Of a DNA stretch of 64,000 nucleotides, positions 19,537 through 28,809 are shown in pieces. The notes under the pieces were generated by a model. It searched no databases. It saw nothing but the letters and a program-made list of their open reading frames with translations, and was not told the origin of the DNA. How positions within the stretch are numbered: position 1 is the first letter of the stretch; each line of letters starts with the position of its first letter. Origin of the DNA: an uncultured Acidimicrobiaceae bacterium (GTDB lineage Bacteria; Actinomycetota; Acidimicrobiia; Acidimicrobiales; RAAP-2); assembly GCA_963756625.1 (NCBI GenBank), contig CAVWNQ010000003.1, positions 332,102-396,101 of the forward strand, in the 5' to 3' direction. The position numbers and the translations under genes were made by a program.

Positions 19537-21180
19537 CTAGGACACCCAGATCTGCGTGGGCCAGAGGACGCCCTCGTCGAACGCGACGGCCTTCGAACCC
19601 TGGAGCGTCTTGGGGTTGGCGAAGTTCTGGACCTTGGGATTGGCGACCACGGCCCACGTGTCGCGCGCCAGCCACAGGTAGGGGATGTCCTGCGCCAGGG
19701 ACTGGTTCACCTGCTGGTAGGCCTTGACTCGGGCGGAGTGCTCGCTCGTTTCCCTCCCCGCGACCAGCGCCGCCTGAATCTTCGGGTCGCTGTTGCGGGC
19801 CATGTTCAAGGGCAGCGGCGGGCCGACCGTCGTGTTGCTCCACCACACATAATTGAGGTCGGGGTCGACCGCGCCGAACTGGCGCCACAACGTGGCCTGG
19901 TAGGTGCCGGCCAGCGCGTCGTTGATGATCGTTGCCTGGGCCAAGATGTTGATGCTGACCTTCATGCCCGCCTGCTGCCAGGCCTGCTGCAGGAACTGGG
20001 CGGCAGCCAGGGTCTCCGGATTGCTCGTCGAATTCAGACTGAACGTGACCTGCTTGCCCGTCTGTTGCTGCACCTGTTTGACCAGCTTGGCGGCGCCCGA
20101 CGGATCGAAGGTGGGGTAGGCGGTCTTGGTGTAGTACTCGCTCCCGGGAAGGAAGAGGCCGCCCATGGGCGCGTCGATGCCTTTGTCGATGACCTTGGCG
20201 TACTGGGCCTGGTTGACGCACTTCGCCATGGCGGTACGGAGCGTCTTGTTGTTGAACGGGGCGGTGGAGGTGTTCAACATGATGCACTGCACCGTGGGCT
20301 GTCCGACGATCTGCCCGCTGTTGTCGTAGTAGGAGTACTTCTTGTCGCCCCGGAACTGCAAGAGGTTGTCGGGGGAGTTGGAGTGCAGCATGTCGATCTC
20401 GCCGGTCTCGAGCGCGTCGGCGCGCGACTGGTCGTTGATGATCGGTTTGTAGGTGATGGAATTGAGGTAGGGGTATCCCTTGCGCCAGTAGTGCGGATTC
20501 CTGGTGGCCGTCATGTGGCTGTTGGGGACCCAGTCCTGGAACACGAAGGGTCCGGTGCCGATCGGGTTCGCCGTGCCGCCGTCGGCGCTGTTGAGCATGG
20601 ACGGCGCGGCGATGTAACCGGTCTGTGCCTGGGCCAGGTAGTAGGGGAACGGGGCCCACGGCGCCTTGAGCTTGATGGTGACCGACAGCGGCCCCGTCAC
20701 CGTTGCGCTGCTGAAATCGGCGAAGGCGGGCCCGGTCAAAACGCCGGACGCCGTGTTCTCGATGTTGAGGTGCAGCGCGTTGGCGTCGAGCGGCGTGCCG
20801 TCGTGGAACACGATGTTCGGGCGCAGGGTGATGGTGAAGGCCGTGAAGTCGTCGTTCGACGTGATCGACTCCGCCAGGTACGGCTCGACGCCTCCGGCGG
20901 CGTTGACGATGGCGATCGGATCGAAGACGGTGCGCCCGTAGAGGAAGCCACCCTCGTCCCATCGCGCCGTGGAGGGGTTGAACCCGCCCTCCTCGGTGTC
21001 GATGCCGAAGGTCACGGAACCACCCCGCTTCGGCTTGGCCGAGCTCAGCCCGTTGCGGCCCGGTCCGTTGGTGCGCGCGGCATCTGCCCCGCCTTCTCCG
21101 AGCGCGCCGGCCATCGCGGCCCCTGCGCCCAGTGCGACCCCGCCGGCCAGGAACGACCGCCGATCAAACGAGTGCGTCAT
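19537..21180 (-). CDS. ABC transporter substrate-binding protein, family 5 (peptide/nickel type), Tat signal
   Basis: MTHSFDRRSFLAGGVALGAGAAMAGA (twin-arginine signal); 547 aa intact. No permease or ATPase genes are adjacent. Confidence 0.8.
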   Translation of the reverse strand: MTHSFDRRSFLAGGVALGAGAAMAGALGEGGADAARTNGPGRNGLSSAKPKRGGSVTFGIDTEEGGFNPSTARWDEGGFLYGRTVFDPIAIVNAAGGVEPYLAESITSNDDFTAFTITLRPNIVFHDGTPLDANALHLNIENTASGVLTGPAFADFSSATVTGPLSVTIKLKAPWAPFPYYLAQAQTGYIAAPSMLNSADGGTANPIGTGPFVFQDWVPNSHMTATRNPHYWRKGYPYLNSITYKPIINDQSRADALETGEIDMLHSNSPDNLLQFRGDKKYSYYDNSGQIVGQPTVQCIMLNTSTAPFNNKTLRTAMAKCVNQAQYAKVIDKGIDAPMGGLFLPGSEYYTKTAYPTFDPSGAAKLVKQVQQQTGKQVTFSLNSTSNPETLAAAQFLQQAWQQAGMKVSINILAQATIINDALAGTYQATLWRQFGAVDPDLNYVWWSNTTVGPPLPLNMARNSDPKIQAALVAGRETSEHSARVKAYQQVNQSLAQDIPYLWLARDTWAVVANPKVQNFANPKTLQGSKAVAFDEGVLWPTQIWVS

Positions 21181-21372
21181 CGCAAACCCCCCGAACTCAT
21201 ATTCCCGATGTGGTATCGCATCTATTGCGACTGTGTCGCGGTGGCGACTGGCGGCAGGTTACAACTTCGTGACCGAAGAGGTGGGTCGGCCGATTGGGGG
21301 TCCCTACTGGGGGTATGGCAACCTGGGCCGCGCGCAAGAGCATGCGATCACGAACACAAGAGGAGGCCGCGC

Positions 21373-21855
21373 ATGACCATCGCAGTCGGTGACGGGGTGC
21401 CCGATGTCAAGGTGTTCACCTTCGGAGCCAAGGGACCGGAGGCGACCACGTCGGCGGAGGTGCTCGGGCACGGCAAGGTCGTGCTCTTCGGGGTTCCGGG
21501 GGCCTTCACCCCGACCTGCTCGGACCACCATCTGCCCGGATTCGTGATGCGCGCCGAGGAGCTCCGGGCCAAGGGGGTGGACAGGGTGGTCTGCGTCTCG
21601 GTGAACGATCCCTTCGTGATGGGCGCCTGGGGCGAGGATCAGCACGCCGACGGCTCGGTGGTCATGCTGGCCGACGGCAACGGCGAACTGACCCAGGCGA
21701 TGGGCCTCACCATGGACGGAAGCGGGTTCGGCCTCGGCCAGCGCTCGCAGCGGTACGCGGCGATCATCGACGACGGCGTCGTCAGCTGGTTGGCCGTCGA
21801 GCCCGGTCCCGGCCTCAACGTGAGCTCGGCCGAAGAGGTCCTGGCGGCCCTCTGA
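21373..21855 (+). CDS. Peroxiredoxin (Prx5-like)
   Basis: AGGAGG at 21361-21366, then ATG. MTIAVGDGVPDVKVF...VVLFGVPGAFTPTCSDHHLPGF.... Confidence 0.85.
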   Translation: MTIAVGDGVPDVKVFTFGAKGPEATTSAEVLGHGKVVLFGVPGAFTPTCSDHHLPGFVMRAEELRAKGVDRVVCVSVNDPFVMGAWGEDQHADGSVVMLADGNGELTQAMGLTMDGSGFGLGQRSQRYAAIIDDGVVSWLAVEPGPGLNVSSAEEVLAAL

Positions 21856-22080
21856 GCCCGCCGGCGGGCGTGACGCAACGAAGTCGCCGGAAACGCCCGC
21901 CGCCCTGAGGAGCGACGCGTCAACGCAGTTGCAACGCCCGTCGAGCCGCCGTGGTTGTGCAGCCGTTGTCCGTTGGGCGCCGCGCGTAGTCCTGAATTCC
22001 CCTGGAAGGCGCAGGTCCGCTCCCGCAAGATCGGTGTGGCGCGCCGGATCGTCGGTGACGCCAGAGGGGGAAGACCAACG

Positions 22081-23228
22081 ATGCGAGGGATCGACTCGAC
22101 GCGCCGTGGCGGTCGACGGGCCGGGCTCTGAGCGGGCGCCGCGGCCGCGGCCACCGCCGTCGCAGCGATCCTGCTCGCGCCGTCGGCGGGCACGCTCGTC
22201 ACCGCCCGGAACACCGCCGCGACCACGACGACCACATCGGCGGCAGCGCGTGCACCACGACCACGACCACCACTCGTGGTCGTGGAACGACCAACACCAC
22301 GACCATCACTCCGAACCGCGCCGCGGCGGCGGCGACGACCACGACGAGCCGTCCGACATCGACGACGACCACCGTCGACGCATCCGCGCCGCACGCGACC
22401 ACCAACACGACCACGACGACGGGTCCGCAAGGCGGAGGTCCGACGTCCCCGTCGAACGTGCCGTGCCAGGGGACGACGCCGCTCGGCCTATCGGGGAGCT
22501 GGACGTGCACCTTCGACGACGAGTTCACCGGCACCGCCCTCAACACGAGTAAGTGGGTCCCCCAGGTCACGGCCACCAGCGGATACGTGAACGGGGCGAC
22601 CGCCTGCTACGTGGACAGCCCGGACACGGTGTCGGTGTCGGCCGGCTACCTGAATCTCACGGCACGCCAGGTGGCGCCGTTCCAGTGCACCTACCCCGGA
22701 GGCAGCTTCACCACGAGCGAGGAAGCAGGGATGGTGTCGACGTACGGACTGTTCGACCAGACCTACGGCGCGTTCGAGGTGAGCGCCAAGCTGCCGCCGG
22801 CCACGGTGACAGGACTGCAGGAGACGATGTGGCTCTACCCCCAGAACCTGAACTACGGCGCGTGGCCCAACTCCGGGGAGATCGACTTCGCCGAGTTCTA
22901 CAGTCAGTACCCCGGCCTCGACGTGCCCTACATCCACTACGCGAACGCCGCGAGTGATCCGGACGTCACCGCGTACGACTGCACGCTCGACCAGGACGCG
23001 TTCAACACCTACGAGGTCGATTGGACGCCGACGGCGATCACCGTCCTCTACAACGGGCAGACCTGCCTGGTCGACCACCCGACCACGGGGAGCGAGCCCT
23101 TCAACCAGCCGTTCTTCATCGCCCTCACGCAGGCGCTGGGAGTCGGCACCAACGCCTTCTCGCCGGCCTCGACACCGCTGCCGGCGACGACGCAGATCGA
23201 CTGGGTCCGGGCCTGGAGCCCGTCCTGA
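22081..23228 (+). pseudogene. Secreted glycoside hydrolase family 16 (beta-glucanase/laminarinase-like) with a Thr-rich linker. The N-terminal region has an in-frame TGA and a frame break.
   Basis: The catalytic domain is intact (ORF 22458-23228; GEIDFAEF = ExDxxE). Upstream: MRGIDSTRRGGRRAGL-TGA(22129)-AGAAAAATAVAAILLAPSAGTLVTA in frame 1, then the TTTTTT...TTNTTTTTGPQGGGP linker in frame 0. Confidence 0.75.
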
Positions 23229-23319
23229 CGCCAGACGTCCGCCCCTGCTTCTCATAGGGCTCGGCACGGACCCGCCGGGTTCGGGCTTGACATGCAACCG
23301 TTCGACTGCTTAAGTAGTT

Positions 23320-23341
23320 AATGCAACCAAATGGTTGCATT
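23320..23341. promoter_or_regulatory. Perfect 22-bp palindrome, probable ArsR-family operator
   Basis: AATGCAACCA-AA-TGGTTGCATT. A further half-site ATGCAACC sits at 23292-23299, just upstream of the likely ArsR start at 23376. Confidence 0.6.
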
Positions 23342-23375
23342 GACCACGACAGAACGGACAGAGCAGGCAACGCGG

Positions 23376-24209
23376 ATGCGGGACATGGATACGGTCTTCC
23401 GGGCGCTGAGCGACCCGGCCCGGCGCCGACTGCTGGACCGGCTCAACGAGCGGAACGGGCTCTCGCTGAACGAGCTCAGTGACGGCATGGGCATGACCCG
23501 GCAGTCCGTCTCGAAGCACCTCGACGTGCTGGAGACGGCCGGGCTGGTCACCACCCTGCGCCGGGGGAGGGAGAAGCTCCACTTCCTGAACGCCGGGCCC
23601 ATCAACGACATCGCCGACCGCTGGATCCGTAGCTACGACCGGGCGCGGGCCGAGGCCCTGTCCGACCTCAAGACGGCATTGGAGGCCACGACACCGATGA
23701 CACCGACGAACGACGCGACGACCTTCGTCTACAGCACGTACATCCAGGCGAGTCCCGAGCGGGTCTGGCGGGGCTTGACCGACCCGGAATTCACACGGCG
23801 CTACTGGCGGCACCCGTCCGCGGGCGGGGTGGCGTTGGCGTCCGACTGGGCGAAGGGCTCGACCTACGACCTGGCCTATGACGAAACCGGGCTCGTCGTA
23901 CGCGACCCCGAACAAGTCGTCCTCGAATCCGATCCCTACCGCCGGCTGGCCTACACGTGGCACACCTTCTCTCCGGAGTGGGCCGCTCTGCACGGAATCG
24001 CGGAGGAGTCGGCCGCCTCCTGGCGCGCCGAGCGCCGCTCCAAGGTGGCCTTCGACATCGAGGAGACCGGCCCGGGTGTGGTCAAGCTCACCGTCGTGCA
24101 CGACGGCTTCGGGCAGGGGAGCGAAGTGCTCAAGGGGGTCTCGTCGGGATGGCCGGCGGTGCTGGCGAGTCTCAAGACCCTGCTCGAGACCGGGTCGCCG
24201 CTGCCGTAG
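23376..24209 (+). CDS. ArsR-family HTH regulator fused to an SRPBCC (Aha1/START-like) domain
   Basis: MRDMDTVFRALSDPARRRLLDRLNERNGLSLNELSDGMGMTRQSVSKHLDVLETAGLV, then ...FVYSTYIQASPERVWRGLTDPEFTRRYW...KLTVVHDGF.... The track start at 23331 lies inside the palindrome. Confidence 0.8.
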   Translation: MRDMDTVFRALSDPARRRLLDRLNERNGLSLNELSDGMGMTRQSVSKHLDVLETAGLVTTLRRGREKLHFLNAGPINDIADRWIRSYDRARAEALSDLKTALEATTPMTPTNDATTFVYSTYIQASPERVWRGLTDPEFTRRYWRHPSAGGVALASDWAKGSTYDLAYDETGLVVRDPEQVVLESDPYRRLAYTWHTFSPEWAALHGIAEESAASWRAERRSKVAFDIEETGPGVVKLTVVHDGFGQGSEVLKGVSSGWPAVLASLKTLLETGSPLP

Positions 24210-24249
24210 TCCGGATCCGGCACTCGAATTCGACGAGGGGTCATCCCAC

Positions 24250-24759
24250 ATGGACACCGGCACCACGTTCACGTACAGCACCTACATCCGCGCCACCCCC
24301 GAGCAGGTCTGGCAAGGGCTCACTGACCCGATCCTGACGATGCGCTATTGGCGGCACACCGTGGCGGGCGGCAAGTCGTTCCCGTCCGACTGGAAGAAGG
24401 GATCGACCTGGGACCTGGTCCACCCCGACGTCGGGATCGTCGTTCACGACCCCGAGCAAGTGATCCTCGAGTCCGATCCCTTCCACCGGCTGGCCTATAC
24501 CTGGCACACGTTCACACCCGAATGGGCCGCCGCCGTCGGCCTGGCCGAGGAGACGGCCCGGGCTTGGCGAGCGGAGCCGCGTTCGAAAGTGGCGTTCGAC
24601 ATCGTGGACACCGGACATGGGGTCACCAAGCTGACCGTCGTCCATGACGGTTTCGCGCCGGGGAGTGAGGTCCTGCCGAGCATCTCCGAGGGTTGGCCAG
24701 CCGTGCTGTCCAGCCTGAAGACCCTGCTCGAGACGGGCTCACCGCTGCCCTCGGGGTAG
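24250..24759 (+). CDS. SRPBCC (Aha1-like) domain protein, tandem paralog of the preceding C-terminal domain
   Basis: MDTGTTFTYSTYIRATPEQVWQGLTDPILTMRYW...LESDPFHRLAYTWHTFTPEWAA...KLTVVHDGFAPGSEVL...LKTLLETGSPLP. Near-colinear with residues about 125-277 of the upstream protein. Confidence 0.8.
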   Translation: MDTGTTFTYSTYIRATPEQVWQGLTDPILTMRYWRHTVAGGKSFPSDWKKGSTWDLVHPDVGIVVHDPEQVILESDPFHRLAYTWHTFTPEWAAAVGLAEETARAWRAEPRSKVAFDIVDTGHGVTKLTVVHDGFAPGSEVLPSISEGWPAVLSSLKTLLETGSPLPSG

Positions 24760-24807
24760 GCGGTTCAACGGCCCCCGACGGGAGGGAGGCGGGCGGGAGC
24801 TGGCCGC

Positions 24808-24831
24808 GGCCGCAGGGATGAGGCTGCGGCC
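24808..24831 (+). terminator. Hairpin after the SRPBCC gene
   Basis: GGCCGCAG-ggatgagg-CTGCGGCC: perfect 8-bp stem, 8-nt loop, followed by CCTT. Confidence 0.4.
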
Positions 24832-24856
24832 CCTTGCCAGATCGGGTCTCTCTTGT

Positions 24857-24877
24857 GTAGGATACTCAGTATGCTAC
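24857..24877. promoter_or_regulatory. Imperfect 10-1-10 palindrome, candidate PadR operator
   Basis: GTAGGATACT-C-AGTATGCTAC (one mismatch), 20 nt upstream of the PadR GTG start. Confidence 0.45.
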
Positions 24878-24896
24878 TTCGAATCGAGAGCCGGTC

Positions 24897-25484
24897 GTGA
24901 GCGTCCGGCATGCACTGCTCGCCCTGCTCAGCGAGGGGCCCAAGTACGGGCTGCAGCTGCGCCAGGAGTTCGAGGCTCGCACCGGCGAGGTGTGGCCACT
25001 CAACGTCGGGCAGGTGTACACCACCCTCCAGCGGCTCGAGCGTGACGGGCTCGTCGAGTCCGACGACTCGTCCGAGGAGGGTCCTCAGAAGGGCTTCCAC
25101 ATCACCGAGGAGGGCGCGGCGGAGCTGTCCCAGTGGCTGCGCACGCCGCCCGACTATTCCTCGCCGCCCCGGGACGAGCTGGTCATCAAGGTCCTCGTCG
25201 CGCTCGACCTCCCAGGGGTGGACGTGCACGAGGTCGTACAGGTCCACCGCCGCTACCTGGTCGAGCTCATGCAGCAGTGGACCCGCCTGAAGGAGGACGA
25301 GTCCCGCCTCGATCTCAATTTCGCCCTGGTCGTCGATGCCGAGCTCTTCCGCCTCGACTCGCTGATCAGGTGGCTGGACACGGCAGACGGCCGTCTGAAG
25401 AGAGCAGCTGCGGGCGTGGACGCGCCGGCTCGGCAGTCGTTCCCCCTCCCCAAGGCCCGGCGCAAGGTAGGAGCCCCAGAATGA
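24897..25484 (+). CDS. PadR-family transcriptional regulator
   Basis: VSVRHALLALLSEGPKYGLQLRQEFEARTGEVWPLNVGQVYTTLQRLERDGLV. Confidence 0.85.
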   Translation: MSVRHALLALLSEGPKYGLQLRQEFEARTGEVWPLNVGQVYTTLQRLERDGLVESDDSSEEGPQKGFHITEEGAAELSQWLRTPPDYSSPPRDELVIKVLVALDLPGVDVHEVVQVHRRYLVELMQQWTRLKEDESRLDLNFALVVDAELFRLDSLIRWLDTADGRLKRAAAGVDAPARQSFPLPKARRKVGAPE

Positions 25485-26203
25485 GCTACCTCGAACTCCG
25501 CGACATCTCGAAGGTCTACGGAGAAGGCGCCGGAGAGGTGCACGCCCTCCAGCGCATCGATCTCTCGGTCGACGCCGGGTCGCTGGTCGCCGTCATGGGC
25601 GCCAGCGGCTCGGGCAAGAGCACGCTGCTGACCATCGCCGGCAGCCTCGAGGATCCCACCAGCGGTGAGGTCTACGTCGGTGGCCGGCCCCTGTCGTCGC
25701 TGTCGCGCAACGGCAAGGCGCGCCTGCGGCGCCGGTCCATCGGCTACGTCTTCCAGGACTACAACCTGCTGGCCGGGCTCAGCGCGGTGGAGAACGTGTC
25801 GCTGCCGCTCGAGCTGGACGGTGTCGCGGCCCGAAAGGCCCAGGCATCGGCGCTCGAGTCGCTCGAGGATTTCGGGCTGCAGGACCGGGCGTCGCACTAC
25901 CCCGACCAGATGTCGGGTGGCGAGCGCCAGCGGGTCGCCATCGCCCGGGCCGTGGTCGGGGGGCGAGAGCTGCTCCTGGCCGACGAGCCCTCCGGCGCGC
26001 TCGACTCGACCAACGCCGAGGGCGTCATGCGCCTGATCCTCGCCGCCTGCCACCGCGGCATGGCCGCCGTCGTGGTCACCCACGACGCGCAGCTCGCCTC
26101 ATGGGCCGACCGCGTGATCTTCCTGCGCGATGGCCGCATCGTCGACCAGACGCTGCCGCTCGAGAGCCCCGAAGCGTTCCTCGCCGAAGCGCCGAACCGA
26201 TGA
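25481..26203 (+). CDS. ABC transporter ATP-binding protein (MacB/LolD/FtsE-like)
   Basis: GASGSGKSTLL, MSGGERQRVAIARA, LLLADEPSGALD. ATGA overlap with the PadR stop. Confidence 0.85.
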   Translation: MSYLELRDISKVYGEGAGEVHALQRIDLSVDAGSLVAVMGASGSGKSTLLTIAGSLEDPTSGEVYVGGRPLSSLSRNGKARLRRRSIGYVFQDYNLLAGLSAVENVSLPLELDGVAARKAQASALESLEDFGLQDRASHYPDQMSGGERQRVAIARAVVGGRELLLADEPSGALDSTNAEGVMRLILAACHRGMAAVVVTHDAQLASWADRVIFLRDGRIVDQTLPLESPEAFLAEAPNR

Positions 26204-28779
26204 GTGTCGGCGTCCTCGAACGGCCCGTCACACAATCGGGCCCCGAATCGAACAGCAGCGGCGGCGTCGCCGCCCGCCGCGCCATGGTCCGCTGGTCCTG
26301 GCGTCTCTTCAAGCGCGAGTGGCGCCAGCAGTTCCTGATCCTGCTCCTGATCGTCGTGGCGGTGGCTGCCGTCGTGGTCGGCTCGGCCGTCGCGGTCAAC
26401 ACGCCGCCGCCGGCCAACGCCGGGTTCGGCACGGCCCACGACATGGCCACGTTCAGCCTGGCGGCCTCCACCTCGTCGACTGCCAAGTCGGGGTCGCAGA
26501 GCCTGGCGAACGCGGACGCGCACATCGCCGCGCTCGGGCAGCACTTCGGACCGGTGCAGGTGATCGAGAACCAGACGTTGAACGTTCCGGGATCCAGCCA
26601 GACCTACCAGCTCCGGTCGCAGGACCCGCACGGCCCCTTCGGCGGGCCGATGCTGCAGCTGCTCTCGGGGCACTACCCGACGGGCCCGAACCAGATCGCG
26701 CTCACGCCCGGCTTGGCGTCCGAACTCAACCTACGAGTGGGTGACACGTGGTCCCAGGGCGGCAAGACCGTGGTCGGCATGGTGCAGAACCCCCAGAGCC
26801 TGCTCGACGAGTTCGCTTTGGTGCCCCCGGGGCAGGTGACCAACCCGACGCAGGTGAGCGTCCTCTTCAACGCACGCCCGAGCGCGTTGAAGGGCTCCCT
26901 CGCCGACAACGTCACGACGTCGGGGAGCGTCAACAACAACACGTTCGGCCCCGAGACCATCGTGCTGGCATTGGCGACTGTCGGCATGCTCCTGATCGCG
27001 TTGGTGTCGATCGGAGGGTTCACCGTGCTTGCGCAGCGCCGCATGCGCGCCCTCGGCATGGTCGAGTCGATGGGCGCGACCGACCGCAACGTCCGGCTCG
27101 TGCTGGAGGCCAACGGCGTCATCGTCGGCATCGTGGGGGCCGTGCTGGGCTTCGCCGTGGGCCTGGTGGCGTGGTTGGTCTACCGGCCGCAGAACGAGCA
27201 GAGCGCGCACCACGTCATTGCGATGTTCGCCCTGCCGTGGAACGTGATCGCCCCGGCGATGGTGCTGGCGGTCATCGCGACCTTCTTCGCTGCCAGCTAC
27301 CCCGCCCGCGCCATCACCCGCGTCCCGGTCGTCAGCGCCCTGGCCGGGCGCCCGGCGCCGCCGCGCCAGATTCGCCGCTCGTTTGTTCCCGGCGTAGTCG
27401 CCCTCGTCATCGGGTTCCTCTTCTTCTCCCTTACGGGCGCCAGTCACGGCGGCGGCGGCGTGAAGTGGCTGATTCCCGGGTTCATCGCGCTGATCGTGGG
27501 GATCATCCTGGTGTCCCCGTTCTTCCTCGCCCTGCTGGCCCGGGTCGGCAGCAGGGCGCCCGTCGCCGTCCGCCTGCCGCTGCGCGACCTGGCGCGCTAC
27601 CGGGCCCGCTCCGGCTCCGCTCTCGCGGCCATCAGCCTCGGCGTGATGATCGCCGTGATCATCTGCGCCGTCGCGGTCGCCCGCTATTCCAACGTCTTCG
27701 ACTACGTCGGCCCGAACATGGCCTCGAACGCGATCAACGTGTACAGCCCACCGACCGGACCGACCTTCGGTCCCGGCGGGCAGACGCAGCAGTCGGGGCC
27801 GACGCCGACCTTGGCCTCGCAGGAGGCCACTCTCCACGCCATCGCCTCGGCGGTCGGCGCCACCGCTGTCGTGGGGCTGGAGAACCCGCAGGCGGGCCTG
27901 CAGAGCCCCAGCGCTTCTGGCCGGCAGTGGAATGGCCCGATCTACGTGGCGACGCCGGCCATGCTGCGTGCCTACGGCATCAACCCGTCTTCCATCCGGT
28001 CCAACGTGGACATCCTGAGCTCGCGTGCAGGGCTGGCGGGCTCGGGCGTCCAGCTCACCTACGGCGGCGGCAGCGACAAGGGCGGCGGCGGCCTTGTAGA
28101 ACTCGGAGGAGGCGGGAACAACGCCAATACGTGTCAGCCCGGCTCGTGCCTCGCGCACCCGATCATCCAGTCGGAAGGTCAGCTTCCCAAGGGCACCTCG
28201 GCGCCCAACACGCTGATTACCGAGAGTGCGCTGCACCGGCTGCACATCGCCAACCAGAACAGCCTGGGGGGTTGGACCCTCATGGCCAACGCGCCGATCA
28301 CTTCGGCACAGATCACCAACGCCCAATCGCTGGCGGCGAGCAACCAGCTGAGCATCGAGTCGAAGAACGACGAGCCCACGTCGGCCGAGATCGTGAACTG
28401 GGCCACCGTGTTCGGCATCGCGCTCGCCCTCGGCATCCTGGCCATGAGCGTGGGCCTCATCCGCAGCGAGACGGCGAGCGAGCTGCGCACGCTGACGGCC
28501 GCCGGTGCCAGCTCGCGCACTCGGCGTAGCCTGACGGCGGTCACTGCCGGCGGACTGGCCTTCCTCGGTGCCCTGCTCGGAACGATCGCCGCGTACGTCG
28601 GCGTGGCCGGCTTCTTCCAGTCGAACCAGCTGGAGGGTGGCCTGTCCGACCTCGTCAATCACATCCCGTGGAACAACTTGTTCCTGATCGTGATCGCCAT
28701 GCCGGTCGTTGCCGGCCTCATCGGCTGGGTGCTGGCGGGACGGGAGCCAAGAGGTGTGGCCACCCGCCCGATGGAGTAG
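26200..28779 (+). CDS. ABC transporter permease with two FtsX-type modules (MacB-type, about 860 aa)
   Basis: The ATG overlaps the ATPase stop (ATGA). TM-helix clusters near aa 270-420 and 740-860 are separated by long non-hydrophobic segments. Confidence 0.75.
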   Translation: MSVGVLERPVTQSGPESNSSGGVAARRAMVRWSWRLFKREWRQQFLILLLIVVAVAAVVVGSAVAVNTPPPANAGFGTAHDMATFSLAASTSSTAKSGSQSLANADAHIAALGQHFGPVQVIENQTLNVPGSSQTYQLRSQDPHGPFGGPMLQLLSGHYPTGPNQIALTPGLASELNLRVGDTWSQGGKTVVGMVQNPQSLLDEFALVPPGQVTNPTQVSVLFNARPSALKGSLADNVTTSGSVNNNTFGPETIVLALATVGMLLIALVSIGGFTVLAQRRMRALGMVESMGATDRNVRLVLEANGVIVGIVGAVLGFAVGLVAWLVYRPQNEQSAHHVIAMFALPWNVIAPAMVLAVIATFFAASYPARAITRVPVVSALAGRPAPPRQIRRSFVPGVVALVIGFLFFSLTGASHGGGGVKWLIPGFIALIVGIILVSPFFLALLARVGSRAPVAVRLPLRDLARYRARSGSALAAISLGVMIAVIICAVAVARYSNVFDYVGPNMASNAINVYSPPTGPTFGPGGQTQQSGPTPTLASQEATLHAIASAVGATAVVGLENPQAGLQSPSASGRQWNGPIYVATPAMLRAYGINPSSIRSNVDILSSRAGLAGSGVQLTYGGGSDKGGGGLVELGGGGNNANTCQPGSCLAHPIIQSEGQLPKGTSAPNTLITESALHRLHIANQNSLGGWTLMANAPITSAQITNAQSLAASNQLSIESKNDEPTSAEIVNWATVFGIALALGILAMSVGLIRSETASELRTLTAAGASSRTRRSLTAVTAGGLAFLGALLGTIAAYVGVAGFFQSNQLEGGLSDLVNHIPWNNLFLIVIAMPVVAGLIGWVLAGREPRGVATRPME

Positions 28780-28809
28780 GCCGCGACCACCTGCAGCGAT
28801 CTCGGCGCG

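Noticed and set aside
22129-22131. The in-frame TGA in the GH16 signal peptide as selenocysteine or other recoding
   Set aside because: A signal-peptide n/h-region boundary has no catalytic role for Sec. I saw no obvious stem-loop immediately downstream, and the same gene carries a frame break. A point error or mutation is the simpler reading.
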